A stretch of DNA of 64,000 nucleotides. Source: Octopus vulgaris. Lineage: Eukaryota. The notes beneath the pieces were generated by a model, which was not told the DNA's origin, did no database searches, and saw only the letters and a list, made by a program, of their open reading frames with translations. The stretch lies in the NCBI GenBank assembly GCA_951406725.2, contig OX597823.1, positions 12,338,001 to 12,402,000 of the forward strand, read 5' to 3'. Shown piece after piece: positions 12,331 through 26,535 of the stretch. The translations under genes and the position numbers were made by a program. How positions within the stretch are numbered: the stretch's first letter is position 1; every line of letters begins with the position of its first letter.

Positions 12331-14097
12331 GTAGATTCATCTGATGCTATTTTTATGTGGGTATGTGTATGAGTATCTCTTCTCATTACTGATTTTGAGA
12401 GACGCATCTTATCATTTCAGCAGAATATATTGATTAGAAAGAACGTATGTGTTGAAGTGTATTCATACTAATGGAACTTGAAGCAAGCCTAATAGTGAAT
12501 ATTTTGTTAAAACTATTTTCAATATTTTTTTCTATAAAGTGTGGTAAGAATTTTTACAATGTACTAAAACCTGTTAGTGAGAGAAAGCATAAAGACAAAT
12601 ATAAATAAAAAAACTTGTTAGTGATTCTCAAGTGTAAACAATTTGTAGAAATGAAACATTTAATTCAAAATCTTAATTGATATGTTTAGGGAAACTCTGG
12701 ACTCAACTTGCAAGCAGAATGATACTTATGGGCATGTTCTCAGTCTTAATGGACTTCGTGAAGGAACCGTGTCAAACTCAAGAATGCTTTGATCTGTCGG
12801 TTAAATGTTTTGCTTAAGGAAACAAGGCGAAGATTTTTGAATTGTCTTAATTTGGAAAATTAAAAAAGAGCAAAGAGAAATAAATCAAACGAGCTAATGA
12901 TATTTATTTATATAAGTGAAAACGTACTAAATGCCGCATGCAGAAAATTAAAAGTGAATAGAAATTTCTTATTTGGAGAAGTAGTATCGTGAACTGTGAG
13001 TGACACGAAAAGAAAAAGGATAATTATTAGAACTTGAGAATCAAATTCACAAGGTCAATTTTTGTACCCACGGGTTTACATTTTAACTTTGTAGAGAATG
13101 CTTCGTACGTCATTAAGGATGGCACTTTTTAAATTAGTCTACGAGTTATTTCTCTTCAACTTATTTTATTGTTTTTACTTATGCAATTTCCACTGGCCCC
13201 TAATTTTTATAACTCTTCCTTTTATGTATAATCAGGTGTCACCGTATGGAGTTTGATTATATCCACTGATCAGGTCCACAGATACCAAAACATGATCATA
13301 ACTGGGTTTTTTTTTTGCCTTCTAACAGGGTGCAGACATTGTTGTTAGCATAGAGAGTAATTTTGTGAAAATGATTCTGAATTTCTTGAAATTACCTCTC
13401 CTTTTCGTTTTTGGATTTGGTTTGCAAGATTCTTTATATGAGTTCGTGTGTTGAAGCATATTCTGTTGTGTCTGGGGAGCGTCCAAGACTATTGAAAAGG
13501 TTGCAAGACGCAACGAAAATTTTAGAAAATAAAAATAAGAAATAAGTGGAAATTTTACCGGTGAGTATGTTAAATAATAAGGCACTAAAAGAGAATGACT
13601 CTCCCCAGACGCCTCTCCTTTTATTTTAGAGTTTGTTTCCATCTAAAGTGGGAAATTTTCTAGATATTTTGCGCACGTCACTTAATGCATTGTCTCTTTA
13701 AATTCTTACCACACTTTACAGATTAGAAAGAACACACTAAAAAAAAGTATTGTCAATTATATTGTTTCATGTTCTATCTTTATTAATATCTTCCAGCATA
13801 TATGTGTTTTTATAATCAATATATTCGAATGATATGAAAACATGACATACCTTTTAATATCTGTAATGAGAACAGAAAATGTGCATACATAAACACGTAT
13901 GAATGCTGCCATACAGATATAAATAAATATTACGAATATCTTCTTTGTTTCAATAATCTTCCGTTAGAATTCCATTGCTATCTACAATGTATTATAGGAC
14001 TTGACCTCACGACATAATTAGCGCATTATTTTTTCGACCCACGATGACCAACCAGTTAATCCAGTTGATTAAATTTGCATAAGTAAAAACAATAAAC

Positions 14098-14255
14098 AGG
14101 AGTGGCTGTGTTGTAAGTAGCTTGCTTACGAACCACATGGTTCCAGGTTCATTCCCACTGCGTGGTACCTTGGGCAAGTGTCTTCTACTATAGCCTCAGG
14201 CCGACCAAAGCCTTGTGAGTCGATTTGGTAGACGGAAACTGAAAGAAGCCTGTCG

Positions 14256-14339
<84 letters not shown>

Positions 14340-14554
14340 TTTGTGTGTCTATGTGTGTCTCCCAGCATCGCTTGACAACCGATAGTGGTGTGTTTATGTC
14401 TCCGTAACTTAGCGGTTCAGCAAAAGAGACCGTTAGAATAAGTACTAAGCTTACAAAGTGTAAGTCCTGGGGTCGATTTGCTCGACTAAAGGCGGTGCTC
14501 CAGCATGGCCGCAGTCAAATGAGTGAAACAAGTAAAAGAGTAAAGAGAGTAAAG
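14098..14554 (+). mobile_element. SINE family B copy
   Basis: Same head, CORE-like block, internal (TA)(TG) microsatellite and tail. Confidence 0.85.
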
Positions 14555-14660
14555 GGTTTTCTGAACGCCTATTAGAAAATTAACCCATTTCAAATCAATT
14601 TAGCCAGACAATCAAATCTGGCATTTTGATGATTCTGTCCCTTCAGTAGTTTTTAATATA

Positions 14661-15316
14661 CTTTTCTACTCTAACCACAAGGCACGAAATTTTGGGGGAA
14701 GGGGGCCAGTCGATTAAATCGATCCCAGTACGCAAGGGGATACACACAGAGGGGACAAACAAGGACAGACAAAGGGATTAAGTCGATTATATCGACCCCA
14801 GTGCGTTACTGGTACTTATTTAATCGACCCCGAAAGAATTAAAGGCAAAGTCGACCTCGACGGAATTTGAACTCAGAACGTAGAGGCAGACGAAATACCT
14901 ATTTCTTTACTACCCATAAGGGGCTAAACACAGAGGCGACAAACAAGGACAGACAAACGGATTAAGTTGATTATATCGACCCCAGTGCGTTACTGGTACT
15001 TATTTAATCGACCCCGAAAGAATGAAAGGCAAAGTCAACCTCGGCGGAATTTGAACTCAGAACGTAGAGGCAGACGAAATACCTATTTCTTTATTACCCT
15101 CAAGGGGCTAAACAAAGAGAGGACAAACAAGGACAGACAAAAGGATTAAGTCGATTATATCGACCCCAGTGCGTTACTGGTACTTATTTAATCGACCCCG
15201 AAAGAATGAAAGGCAAAGTCGACCTCGGCGGAATTTGAACTCAGAACGTAACGGCAGACGAAATACGGCTAAGCATTTCGCCCGGCGTGCTAAAGCTTCT
15301 GCAAGCTCGCCGCCTT
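14661..15316 (-). mobile_element. tandem trimer of SINE family A (184-bp period) ending in the alternative tail
   Basis: One head at 15267-15316. GAAATAC recurs ending at 14898, 15082 and 15266; the first two are GAAATAC|CTATTTC tail-to-head junctions. Confidence 0.85.
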
Positions 15317-15634
15317 CATATAACCACAAGGTCACATATATTTTGTAAAAGAGCATTGTGGATTCAATGTAACCTACTTTTTGACTGGTATTTATTTCAC
15401 TGACTCCTTAAAGATGAAATGTGTGTCTATATTCGCAGGAACTGAAGCAGAATGTAAAAGGAGGGTATTAAATACAAGATATTAAGTTAGCTCCTCTACT
15501 GATTCTGCCAATCAACGCCATTTTCTTTTACACAGCCAAATGACAAACTCGGAAGCTTCTACAATCGTAGCCAAAAGTTTGCAACATTTCTTTAAAGATC
15601 ACAATTGTTCTGTCCAAGCACAATTCAATAGTTG

Positions 15635-15830
15635 TGTCTCCCTTCATTCATGAATGACCATGGAATTGCACCTAGAAAGTTACCCTCCGAGGTACAAGTC
15701 TGGGCAAGGTTGTTTATGGAAGACGAACAGTCGCCCACGCATACCAGCCTCCCCTCTCCACACCACCAGTGTTATCCAAAGGAAAGACAAAGGTCGATAC
15801 AGCTTGGCACCAGTGACGTCGCAGCTCATT
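15635..15830 (-). mobile_element. 3' fragment of another SINE-like repeat, abutting a family C copy
   Basis: Higher-GC block (AAAGGTCGATACAGCTTGGCACCAGTGACGTCGC) that resembles cephalopod SINE bodies from memory. Single copy here. Confidence 0.35.
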
Positions 15831-15831
15831 T

Positions 15832-16128
15832 ATTAACGTGCAAGTGGCTGAGCACTCCACAGACACGTGTACCCTTAGCGTGGTTCTCGGGGATATTCAG
15901 CGTGACACAGAGAGTGACAAGGTCGGCCCTTTGAAATACAGGTACAACAGAAACAGGAAGTAAGAGTGAGAGAAAGTTGTGGTGAAAGAGTGCAGCAGGG
16001 ATCACCACCATCCCTGCCGGAGCCTCGTGGAGCTCAATAAACACTCACAACGCCCGGTCTGGGAATCGAAACCGCGATCCTACGACCGCGAGTCCGCTGC
16101 CCTAACCACTGGGCCATTGCGCCTCCAC
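15832..16128 (-). mobile_element. tRNA-derived SINE family C (3'-shortened)
   Basis: Head GTGGAGGCGCAATGGCCCAGTGGTTAGGGCAGCGG (A box) ... GTTTCGATTCCC (B box). Five copies in the window. Confidence 0.85.
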
Positions 16129-17290
16129 AATTCAAATATTACAACGTAGAGATATACTTACCTAAAAGCTGATCCAATAGTTCAATATCTAGAAGAAATA
16201 ATAAGCAAAGTAAAAAAATATAGTTCTATACCAAATAATAATATATTGAAAATTGAATATAACTTCAGGCATTTAATATAAAAATTCTTATTTTCAGGCC
16301 TAAGTTACAAACGTTTGGTCACGACTGTGTGTAGTCGCTTCACTAAATAGCAATCATCTCTCCTTAAACTCGCAAACTTTACAACCCTAAGTTTGAACAG
16401 AGATATTAAAAAGAGAGTCTAAGATATACAATGAGAAGGGATTGTAACAGGTAGGATTGTTCATTCAGGACCGACAAGGGAATATGCAGCAGTAACAACT
16501 ACACCAGCAACAACAGCAACAACAACAACAAAAACCACCAAAACGCAAAACCATTTCTAGTGCTCCATTGATTCAGAATTTACCGATTCACTGTAAAACA
16601 CATTCTCTGAGAAATAATAAAGTTCATTCATAATATCTGTAATTAAATACACACTTTGACTTTTCATTTTCTTAGTATTCCCCTGTCACATGCACCCCTT
16701 CTGTCGTAGAATTTGTCTCTAACTTAATTTAAAACACTAATTTGCCTCTAATGGAATTAACTGTGCTGCAAATACTTGAGCCTCCGGTCTCATCCTACTC
16801 CGCCCAGTCTTGGTGAACCTGAAATAAACTTATGGTGCTTCAGTTCTTCTTTGGCTCTGTCATCAGAAATAAAACTCTTTCTTCTATTGGCGCCACAAAG
16901 CTTGAAATTTTAAGGTTGGCGTTTAGTCGGTTACATGGATACTAGTGTTCAACTGGTAATTATTTTAGCGATACCGAAAAGATGAAAGACAAAGTTAACC
17001 CTGGTGGAATTTGAACACAGAATAACCGAAATAATTTATCAACCAAGCATTTTAATTATCAAAAATACGAGAAAAGATATTTTAAAAATCACAGGAAATG
17101 GTTTCAAACTTTATACACGAACCGTCTTTAATTAAAAACCAAGAGAACAAGTTCGATTCTCAAATCAAGAACAGCAAAGTCAACGTCTGGTCTGAAAAAT
17201 GAAGAGTAACTGACACTCAGAAAGAAATAAAGACAAAACGAAAAGAAACAGACGTAGAAATAAAGAAGTGGGTGATAATTAGAAATAAAT

Positions 17291-17676
17291 GGAAGCACTC
17301 CGTCGATTACGACGACGAGGGTTCCGGTTGATCCGAATCAACGGAACAGCCTGCTCGTGAAATTAACGTGTAAGTGGCTGAGCACTCCACAGACACGTGT
17401 ACCCTTAACGTAGTTCTCGGGGTTATTCAGCGTGACACAGAGAGTGACAAGGCCGGCCCTTTGAAATACAGGTACAACAGAAACAGGAAGTAAGAGTGAG
17501 AGAAAGTTGTGGTGAAAGAGTGCAGCAGGGATCACCACCATCCCCTGCCGGAGCCTCGTGGAGCTTTTTAGGTGTTTTCGCTCAATAAACACTCACAACG
17601 CCCGGTCTGGGAATCGAAACCGCGATCCTATGACCGCAAATCCGCTGCCCTAACCACTGGGTAATTGCGCCTCCAC
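17291..17676 (-). mobile_element. SINE family C, full length
   Basis: Complete head to tail, with a 12-bp TSD TTAGAAATAAAT at 17279-17290 and 17677-17688. Confidence 0.9.
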
Positions 17677-18909
17677 TTAGAAATAAATATGTTGTCTCCC
17701 TCTCACCAACTCCCAGATAAGGTGGCCGGTGTTAAGGGACAGGTGCACAAGGTTTGTCTACGTTGTTGAAGTGAAAACAATACGAGAAGCTTTTATTCTA
17801 ATTTCCTTACTTGGTTGAAGTGGTATGAACAATGTCACTGTTGTTATTGCTGCTGTTATTGTTGCTCTTGTTGCTGCCGTTGCAGTTGTCATTTAGCTTA
17901 AGTTAAATCTGATTGGGCAAAGATATGCTCTAAGGCACTCCTGCAGTGATCATGCAATCTTTTTGTGTATCCAGTATCGTTTTATCTCGTGTGTACTTCG
18001 GCTTTGAAGACGATAAGAAGCGTGATTTGATGGATTTTTGGTGCTGTTCTTGGAGAGTTTTGCTTCGGCACTTTTTGACGCTTTGGCTCACGACAAGAAC
18101 AGTAAAATATTTACTCATTTAATTATGTCCTCTGCAATCTCATTGTTTACGATAAATATCTCATATAACTATCTGCTTTATAACTGACACAAACCAGACA
18201 TAAGGAGGTTAGTTGGTGAATTAAATTCACCCATATACCTGACTAAGGTTCCGAGATGGCAGAATCGTTAGCATGTCGGACAAAATGCTTAAGCGGATCT
18301 CTAAATCTTGCGTTCTAATTCCACCATGGCCAACTTGGTCTTAAATCCCATCGTGATCTATAAAATAAAGTACCAGACAAATAATAGGACTGATGTAACC
18401 AACTTTTCTCCTCTTTTCAAAATTTACTAACCTTCAACTTGATTTGAGTTAGATCTGACAACTATTTCTAGCTGCACAAAACAGCTTCATCCTTGACACA
18501 TGCTAGTAGTTTTGTTACTAGTGCTAGTGGTTCCGTTCAGGGGAAATGCTGTGACCTCAGTTACTTAGAGATCATGGAAATCGGGTAATCGGCCTTGTCA
18601 GTTCTAGAGATCAAGCAATTAAAAAAAAATGTAGAGGTCTTTTTTGCTATATTACCGACCTCAGATGAATGATATGCAACGCTGATCATGGCTAGATCAG
18701 AACTCGAAATGTAAAGGGTTGAAAGACATACCACAAAGCATTTTATCTAACACACTAATGATTTTGCCAGTCCATCACCCTGAACCACATTCATTCTACT
18801 GTACATTGGTTTCAAATTTTAGCACGAGGCCAGCGGTCTGCTATACACCGCCCTCTTTTTATTGTCGTTCAACTCGATACATGCCAGTTTGCACTAAACA
18901 GCAACTGCA

Positions 18910-19105
18910 GTGGAGGCGCAATGGCCCAGTGGTTAGGGCAGCGGACTCGCGGTCGTAAGAACGCGGCTTCGATTCCCAGACCGAGCATTGTGAGTGTTTA
19001 TTGAGCAAAAACACCTAAGGTTCACGAGGTTCCGGTAGGGGGTGGGTGGTGAACCCCGCTTAATTCTTTCACCACAACTTTCTCTCACTCTTTCTTCCTA
19101 CTTCT
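18910..19105 (+). mobile_element. SINE family C, 5' half
   Basis: Head and first ~190 bp match other copies. Confidence 0.8.
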
Positions 19106-19386
19106 GCCACAAAGCAGAGGAACCATGGTGTAACCCATTATGGTGTAGTAAACTTTCAGAGCCTAGTCTAGAATCCTCTGTTAAAAGCCACTATTTACGG
19201 AACGAGGATAACAACGTAGCTTTCGCGCCCGTGCAACCGCCAGTCTATCGCGTGTGGTGGGTAGATCTTCAAATTGCCACACGCATTCTTACTAGCTTAG
19301 AGTAGGCTCGAATTAGAGATTATTCTTTGTGGCTAATGGCATGAGTCCTGATTGGAAGAAGAAGACAGCTACTGCAACTACTACTA

Positions 19387-19418
<32 letters not shown>

Positions 19419-20445
19419 ACTTCTTCCTCTTCTTCTTCTTCAACTAAACGATGACGAATGTGTTGCAATGTGCTAGAATAATTCGAATTTGCCCCGTTCC
19501 TTTTGTTCAGGTGAACTTTGCTTCTGATTATTTAAAATATCTCAGGAGGACGCCATCCTTGAATTAAATATATCTCGATTATCCGGAAGCCTACACAAGA
19601 ATTCTTGTTGTGTGGACAGTTTAAAATTAGTGAATTTAAAACGATTAAGTAGCTTACAGACGACATAGAATCATAGCGTCAGAGAGAAGGAAGGAAGCTG
19701 TACATGAACAATGAAAACAGTGTTACTTGTCATCTGTATCTAGTTAGAGAGATCAGTAACAATTGAAATACGTCCTCCATTGGGGATTTTCAGTTGTTTA
19801 ATCGGAAATGTCCAGTCTCTGGTGAAATTTTTGGATGCCTGTCAGACGAAAACTTTTACACAGTATCCTTTAATTTGATATATTGTTATTATTACCGTTT
19901 TCCTTGTTTAGCCCCAGGTCAACCCTGATCGAGAATGTTTCTGATCATAGTCATTGTAGCCATGACCATCTCTTTTTTTTTTTTGCACCTTTTCCCAAAC
20001 CAATGCTTTTTGTTTCATTTTTAAGACAAGGCTCCAAACAGGTTCATCCTTGACAGGTGCTAACGGTTTTGTCACGTAATCCTGATCAACCTCAGTCAAG
20101 CAAACCATTGATCAAAAGTACTCTTGTTATGACTATCTCGTTTCTCACCACCACAGCCAGATACCCTTTGCCTGGGACTATATTAATGTATCTTTCTTTT
20201 TATGAGGTAATGTTGTAAATTTTTTAGAATTTGACCAGGTAGAGGGACTGTTTGAAGATTCTCTCCTGACCTAGTAATTTAATTGCTTGATTGAGACAAG
20301 AGGCATCATTCATTTACCGAGAATGAAACTAAAACTACAGGGTGTAACGTCAATCAACAGGAATATAAAGCAAACAAATGCAAACACCCAATTTTCGTTG
20401 ACACCAGAGACATAAGAATAAAACCCTCAATTTGATAATCTAGAT

Positions 20446-21127
20446 CAGTAGTTCTCAACCAGGATCCATATGATCCTTGGGGGGTCAACATAAAATTTTG
20501 TTAAATATTATGTACAATGAATTGATTATATTAATAGTTATCGCCAAGCTAATATGGCAGTCCAGAAATATAGGACAAATGCTGCCGTTGATTAGCTCCA
20601 AGAGGCCATCGCTTCTAGCTAGCTATGTGACAACACGAACCTGTGTCCATTATAACCTTGGAACAGGGGATGTCATCCGCTTCCCCTTGCTGGTCAAAAT
20701 ACCCTGAAACTTGTCTGCAGATGCCTGACCAGCAAGGGGAAGCGGCTGACCTCCCCTGTTCGAAGGTTATAATGGACACAGTTTCGTGTATCACATAGCT
20801 AGCTAGAGGCGATGGCCTGTTGGAGCTAATCAACAGCAGCATTTGTCCTATATTTCTGGACTGCCATATTAGCTTGGGGATAACTATTAATTTCCAGTAC
20901 CGCTGCCGTAGTCTCCTTTAGAGAGACTTAGAAATTTTAATATTTCCATAAGTTTATTACATGTCTACAATAAACACGATATTTTAGCAATATTTTAATT
21001 TAATTCTTAATAATATTTAATTTCAAATATATCATAGAATTTTAAAACATCAAATAGCTAAGAGGATCCATGCGAGTAAAATGTGAAACAAAGAAGTCCG
21101 TAGATTGAAAGTGGTTAAGAACCACTG
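20446..21127. mobile_element. hAT (Charlie-type) non-autonomous element
   Basis: TIRs CAGTAGTTCTCAACC / GGTTAAGAACCACTG. 8-bp TSD ATCTAGAT / ATCTATAT. Confidence 0.75.
20530..20891. mobile_element. palindromic MITE nested in the hAT element
   Basis: Arms 20530-20696 / 20726-20891 are near-perfect reverse complements around a 29-bp loop. ATTAA/TTAAT ends. Confidence 0.8.
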
Positions 21128-22899
21128 ATCTATATGTTCAGAGTTTGTTCAGTTCAAAAATATTTCTTTTCGGATAATTTTACTCCACCAGAGAATAAAG
21201 ATATTTCTTTATTTCAATATCCTCATTTAATTATTTTGCTATGTACCTCCAGAACAATCCACTCTTGTGTGTGTGTGGCTAAAACGTTTTCACGGTGAAT
21301 GGGTTCCCACGTTAATTCGTAAATTCCAGGCTCACCACGCTGGTTCAAAAGTACAGTGACCTATATAATGGACTCATAAACGTTCGAACCTTAACGTGTT
21401 GACTAGTGATCCATATAGCCGTTCCTCTTCATTAATCCGTAAACTGTATGGATCTGTAAGAAAGTACTCTACTTTTTTAAAGTGATGCGTCTGGAGAACG
21501 GGCAACGCCCCATGAGCCTTTCAGACCCTTAGGTACAGATGAGTATTAACAATATAATCTTTCTTATTCACTATTTGTTTCAGTTATAAATTATTCCATT
21601 TTGTATGACTTTAGCATTTCATAGGATGAAGACATTTCCATTTCTCAAAGACGTTCGCCTTTATATATAGAAGTTAAATGTTTCTAAAACCCACATTCAA
21701 TTTATCTTTCTATAAATAGGTAAAACATCAAAACCGCCTGAAAGCGACACACATTTGGAGCAGTTGAAGGAGACAGATCTAGATTCCACAGCAACTATTT
21801 GTAGCTTCGTGAACCGAAACGAAGTATTTCGTTTACTTTTATCAAGAGACACTGCCGCCGCTGCCTTAAGATAAATTCATGTTTGCTCTCTCTCCGTATA
21901 TCCGGTCTCCTAGTTCACAATATATCTCTAAAGATTATCAGGATAATATTGTCACTATACAACAACGTGTACGGTAATGTGTAGTTTATGTATGTGCGTG
22001 CGTAGCGTGTTTGCGTGTGCTTGTGTGTATACATGAGATCTTTATGAGTGTATGTGTGCGCGTGTACGTTTGTATATGGTTGCTATATCTTCATATAAAT
22101 CCGCGTGTGTGTGTGTGTGTCTAGTGTACATTAATGCTTATCTGAAATGAAATTCTACGTGTGTGTTACTTTAATAAGCAGTCCTTATCTCCTTGTGTCT
22201 GTATCTTACCATTTGGGAGCGCGTGTGTATGTGTGAATGCGTACGTGGTACATGTGAGAGTAGACGTGTATATACGAATGAGCATGCATGCAAATATGTG
22301 TGTGTATGTGCGCCTGCATGCGTGTACGTATCTACCTCTGTGTGTGCACGCGTGAGTATATGTTTGTGTGTGTCTCTGTGTGTATTTCTCGGTACATAGG
22401 TTCTTATCTTTACGTATTCTAAAATATCTTCTTCGTATATGTATAGTAGTGTGACAGTAAAGCCGAATCTGTATAGATGAATATGTGATAACTTAGCATA
22501 GAGCTGATAAACAGTATACATACAAATAGATATTTCTCTGCTATACGTTTGTGTGGCAGCACAAATATGAGCACGATATCTTTTTTTTTTACCGTGCATA
22601 GGCATATGAAAATTATATGTTTGTGTCAGAAACATATATATTTGTTTTGTCTGAACATGTTATATTTGTATATGTTGTGTACGTGTGTGATATTAGTTTA
22701 TGCGAGTGAGTTGACGAATGCTTGGTTTTATGTATCTGCAGGTGTTTGTATGAATTTGTATGCAGCTTTGCATAAGTGTGAATAGTGATTGATTTTCTGT
22801 ATGTGATTGTAAGCTGAGAAAGGAAATTTCTGTGTATGCATATCTATATGTACGCATTCGTGTATATACATATATGTATGTATATACAGAGAAAGAGAA

Positions 22900-22943
<44 letters not shown>

Positions 22944-22974
22944 ATATAGTATATATACATATATATATATATTG

Positions 22975-23058
<84 letters not shown>

Positions 23059-23220
23059 TATATATATAGTATATACAATATGTGTGTGTGTCTCAGTATC
23101 TATGTACTAGTGATATATATATGTAGATATAAACATACGTGTGTATATAAATGTATATGTGTGTATATAATATATGTATATATATATACTTATGTATATG
23201 TATATATGCATATATGCATA

Positions 23221-23314
<94 letters not shown>

Positions 23315-23491
23315 TATGGATGTCATTTTGGGCCACTATACTCGGCTAAGTCCCTGCATTTGACTGATACTTCATATTAACAATCCAAGGAAAGCAAAAA
23401 AAGGAATTGATCCCGTATTATCAAAACTTAAATTCATGTTATTCGCTATTAAATAAGTGTTACGTAAGAGGAAGGATGGCAGAAACTGAAG

Positions 23492-23564
<73 letters not shown>

Positions 23565-23592
23565 GGATGGATATATATATAGATAGATAGAT

Positions 23593-23638
<46 letters not shown>

Positions 23639-23749
23639 GGTATTTGTGTGTAATAATGCCGTATACAACTGCGGTGACCTTTTTGTGCGTGAGTTTAAGA
23701 TTGAGTAAAGGAAAAAGAGTGGGGGAAGATGGATAAAGAAAAAACATGC

Positions 23750-23899
23750 GGGAGAGAGAGAGAGAGTGCGAGAGAGAGAGAGAGCGAGAGAGAGAGAGTG
23801 AGAGAGAGAGAGAGAGTGAGAGAGAGAGAGAGCGAGAGAGAGAGAGTGCGAGAGAGAGAGAGAGTGCGAGAGAGAGAGAGTGCGGGAGAGAGAGAGTGC

Positions 23900-23931
<32 letters not shown>

Positions 23932-24533
23932 GTGCGATAGAGAGAGAGAGAGTGCGAGAGAGAGAGTGCGAGAGAGAGAAAGTGCGAGAGAGAGAGAGTG
24001 CGAGAGGGAGAGAGTGCGAGAGGGAGAGAGTGCGAGAGAGAGAGAGAGTGCGAGAGAGAGAGAGTGCGAGAGAGAGAGAGAGTGCGAGAGAGAGAGAGAG
24101 TGCGAGAGAGAGAGAGTGCGAGAGAGAGAGAGTGCGAGAGAGAGAAAGTGCGAGAGGGAGAGAGTGCGAGAGAGAGAGAGAGTGCGAGAGAGGGAGAGTG
24201 CGAGAGGGAGAGAGTGCGAGAGAGAGAAAGTGCGAGAGGGAGAGAGTGCGAGAGAGAGAGAGAGTGCGAGAGAGGGAGAGTGCGAGAGAGAGAGAGAGAG
24301 AGAGAGAGTGAGAGAGAGAGAAAGCGAGAGAGAGAGTGCGAGAGAGAGAGAGAGTGCGAGAGAGAGAGAGTGCGGGAGAGAGAGAGTGCGAGAGAGAGAG
24401 AGAGAGCGAGAGAGAGAGAGAGAGATAGAGAGAGAGAGAGTGAGAGAGAGAGAGTGAGAGAGAGAGAAAGTGAGAGAGAGAGAGAGAGTGCGAGAGGGAG
24501 AGAGTGCGAGAGGGAGAGAGTGCGAGAGAGAGA

Positions 24534-24574
<41 letters not shown>

Positions 24575-24760
24575 CGAGAGAGAGAGAGTGCGAGAGAGAG
24601 AGAGTGCGAGAGAGAGAGAGTGCGAGAGAGAGAGAGAGAGTGCGAGAGGGAGAGAGTACGAGAGAGAGAGAGAGTGCGAGAGAGGGAGAGTGCGAGAGAG
24701 GGAGAGTGCGAGAGGGAGAGAGAGAGTGCGAGAGAGAGAGAGAGCGAGAGGGAGAGAGCG
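23750..24760. repeat. ~1-kb polypurine (GA)n array punctuated by GTGC
   Basis: Directly visible; source of the spurious RE/SL ORFs. Confidence 0.95.
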
Positions 24761-24818
24761 AAATATATTTATGGATAATAATGTTTGCATGCACCTGTAA
24801 CTTTGTTTTTATGAGTGT

Positions 24819-24871
<53 letters not shown>

Positions 24872-25229
24872 TGCATGTGTGTGCGAGCGAGCAAGAGTAA
24901 AGGGGAGAGAGAAAGAGAGACAGACAGACAAAGAGACAGAGAGACAGAGATATGCTTATTATTCTCACTTCTGTGAACTCTCTTTTTCTGTATGTATTTG
25001 TGTTTGTGTGTGCGTACGTGCGTGTGCGCATTCGTATTGGTACACCTGCGTGATTGCGTGCGCATGTGCGTGTGTGATTACGATAGTGCCATGCAGCATA
25101 TAACATTGTTGCCATGGTGATTATATGTATAACTACCTCCAACAGACAGGAAGCTAATTCCGAGTATATTTCTCGGCATATAACAATGGCTGTCTTCTTG
25201 CATGTGGTACATTCGTGCTTCTCTGTTTT

Positions 25230-25659
25230 TGTATGTATGTATGTATGTATACATGTATGTATGTATGTATGTATACATGTATGCATGTATGTATGTATGC
25301 ATGTATGTATTTATGTATGTATGCATGTATGTATGCATGTATGCATGTATGTATGCATGTATGTATTTATGCATGTATGTATGTATGTATGCATGTATGT
25401 ATGTATGTATGCATGTATGTATGTATGTATGTATGTATGTATGTATGTATGTATGTATGTATGTATGTATGTATGTATGTATGTATGTATGTATGTATGT
25501 ATGTATGTATGTGTGTATGTATACATGTATGTATGTATGTATACATGTATGTATGTATGTATGTATGTATGTATGTATGTATTTATGTATGTATGTATGC
25601 ATGCATGTATGTATGTATGTATGTATGTATGCATGTATGTATGTATGTATGCATGTATG

Positions 25660-25693
<34 letters not shown>

Positions 25694-26096
25694 TGTGTGT
25701 ATGTATACATGTATGTATGTATGTATGTATACATGTATGTATGTATGTATGTACGTACGTATGTATGTATGTATGTATGTGTGTATGTATACATGTATGT
25801 ATGTATTCATGTATGTATGTATGTATGTATCCATGTATGTATGTATGTATGTATGTATGTATGTATGTATGTATGTATGTATGTATGCATGCATGTATGC
25901 ATGTATGTATGTATGTATGTATGTATGTATGCATGTATGTATGTATGTATACATGCATGCATGCATATATGTATGTTCGTATGTATGTATGCATGCATGC
26001 ATGTATGCATGCATGTATGTATGTATGCATGTATGTACGTATGTATGCATTCATGCATACATGTATAATGTATGTACGTATGTATGTACGTGCGTA

Positions 26097-26161
<65 letters not shown>

Positions 26162-26250
26162 GTATGTATGTATGCCTATGTATGTATGTACGTATGTATG
26201 TACTACGTATGTATATATACATATATGTATGTATGTATTTATGTATGTAA
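25230..26250. repeat. ~1-kb (GTAT/GCAT)n microsatellite
   Basis: Directly visible. Confidence 0.95.
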
Positions 26251-26261
26251 GCATATATATA

Positions 26262-26456
26262 CTCTTTTATTTGTTTCAGTCCACCGCCTTTATTCGAACA
26301 AATCGACTCCAGGACTTATACATTGTAAGCCTAGTACTTATTCTATCGGTCCTTTTTGCCGAACCGCTAGGTTACGGAGACGTAAACACACCAGCATCGG
26401 TTGTCAAGCGATGGTGGCGGGACAAACACAGACACATAAATACAGACATGCATACG

Positions 26457-26535
<79 letters not shown>

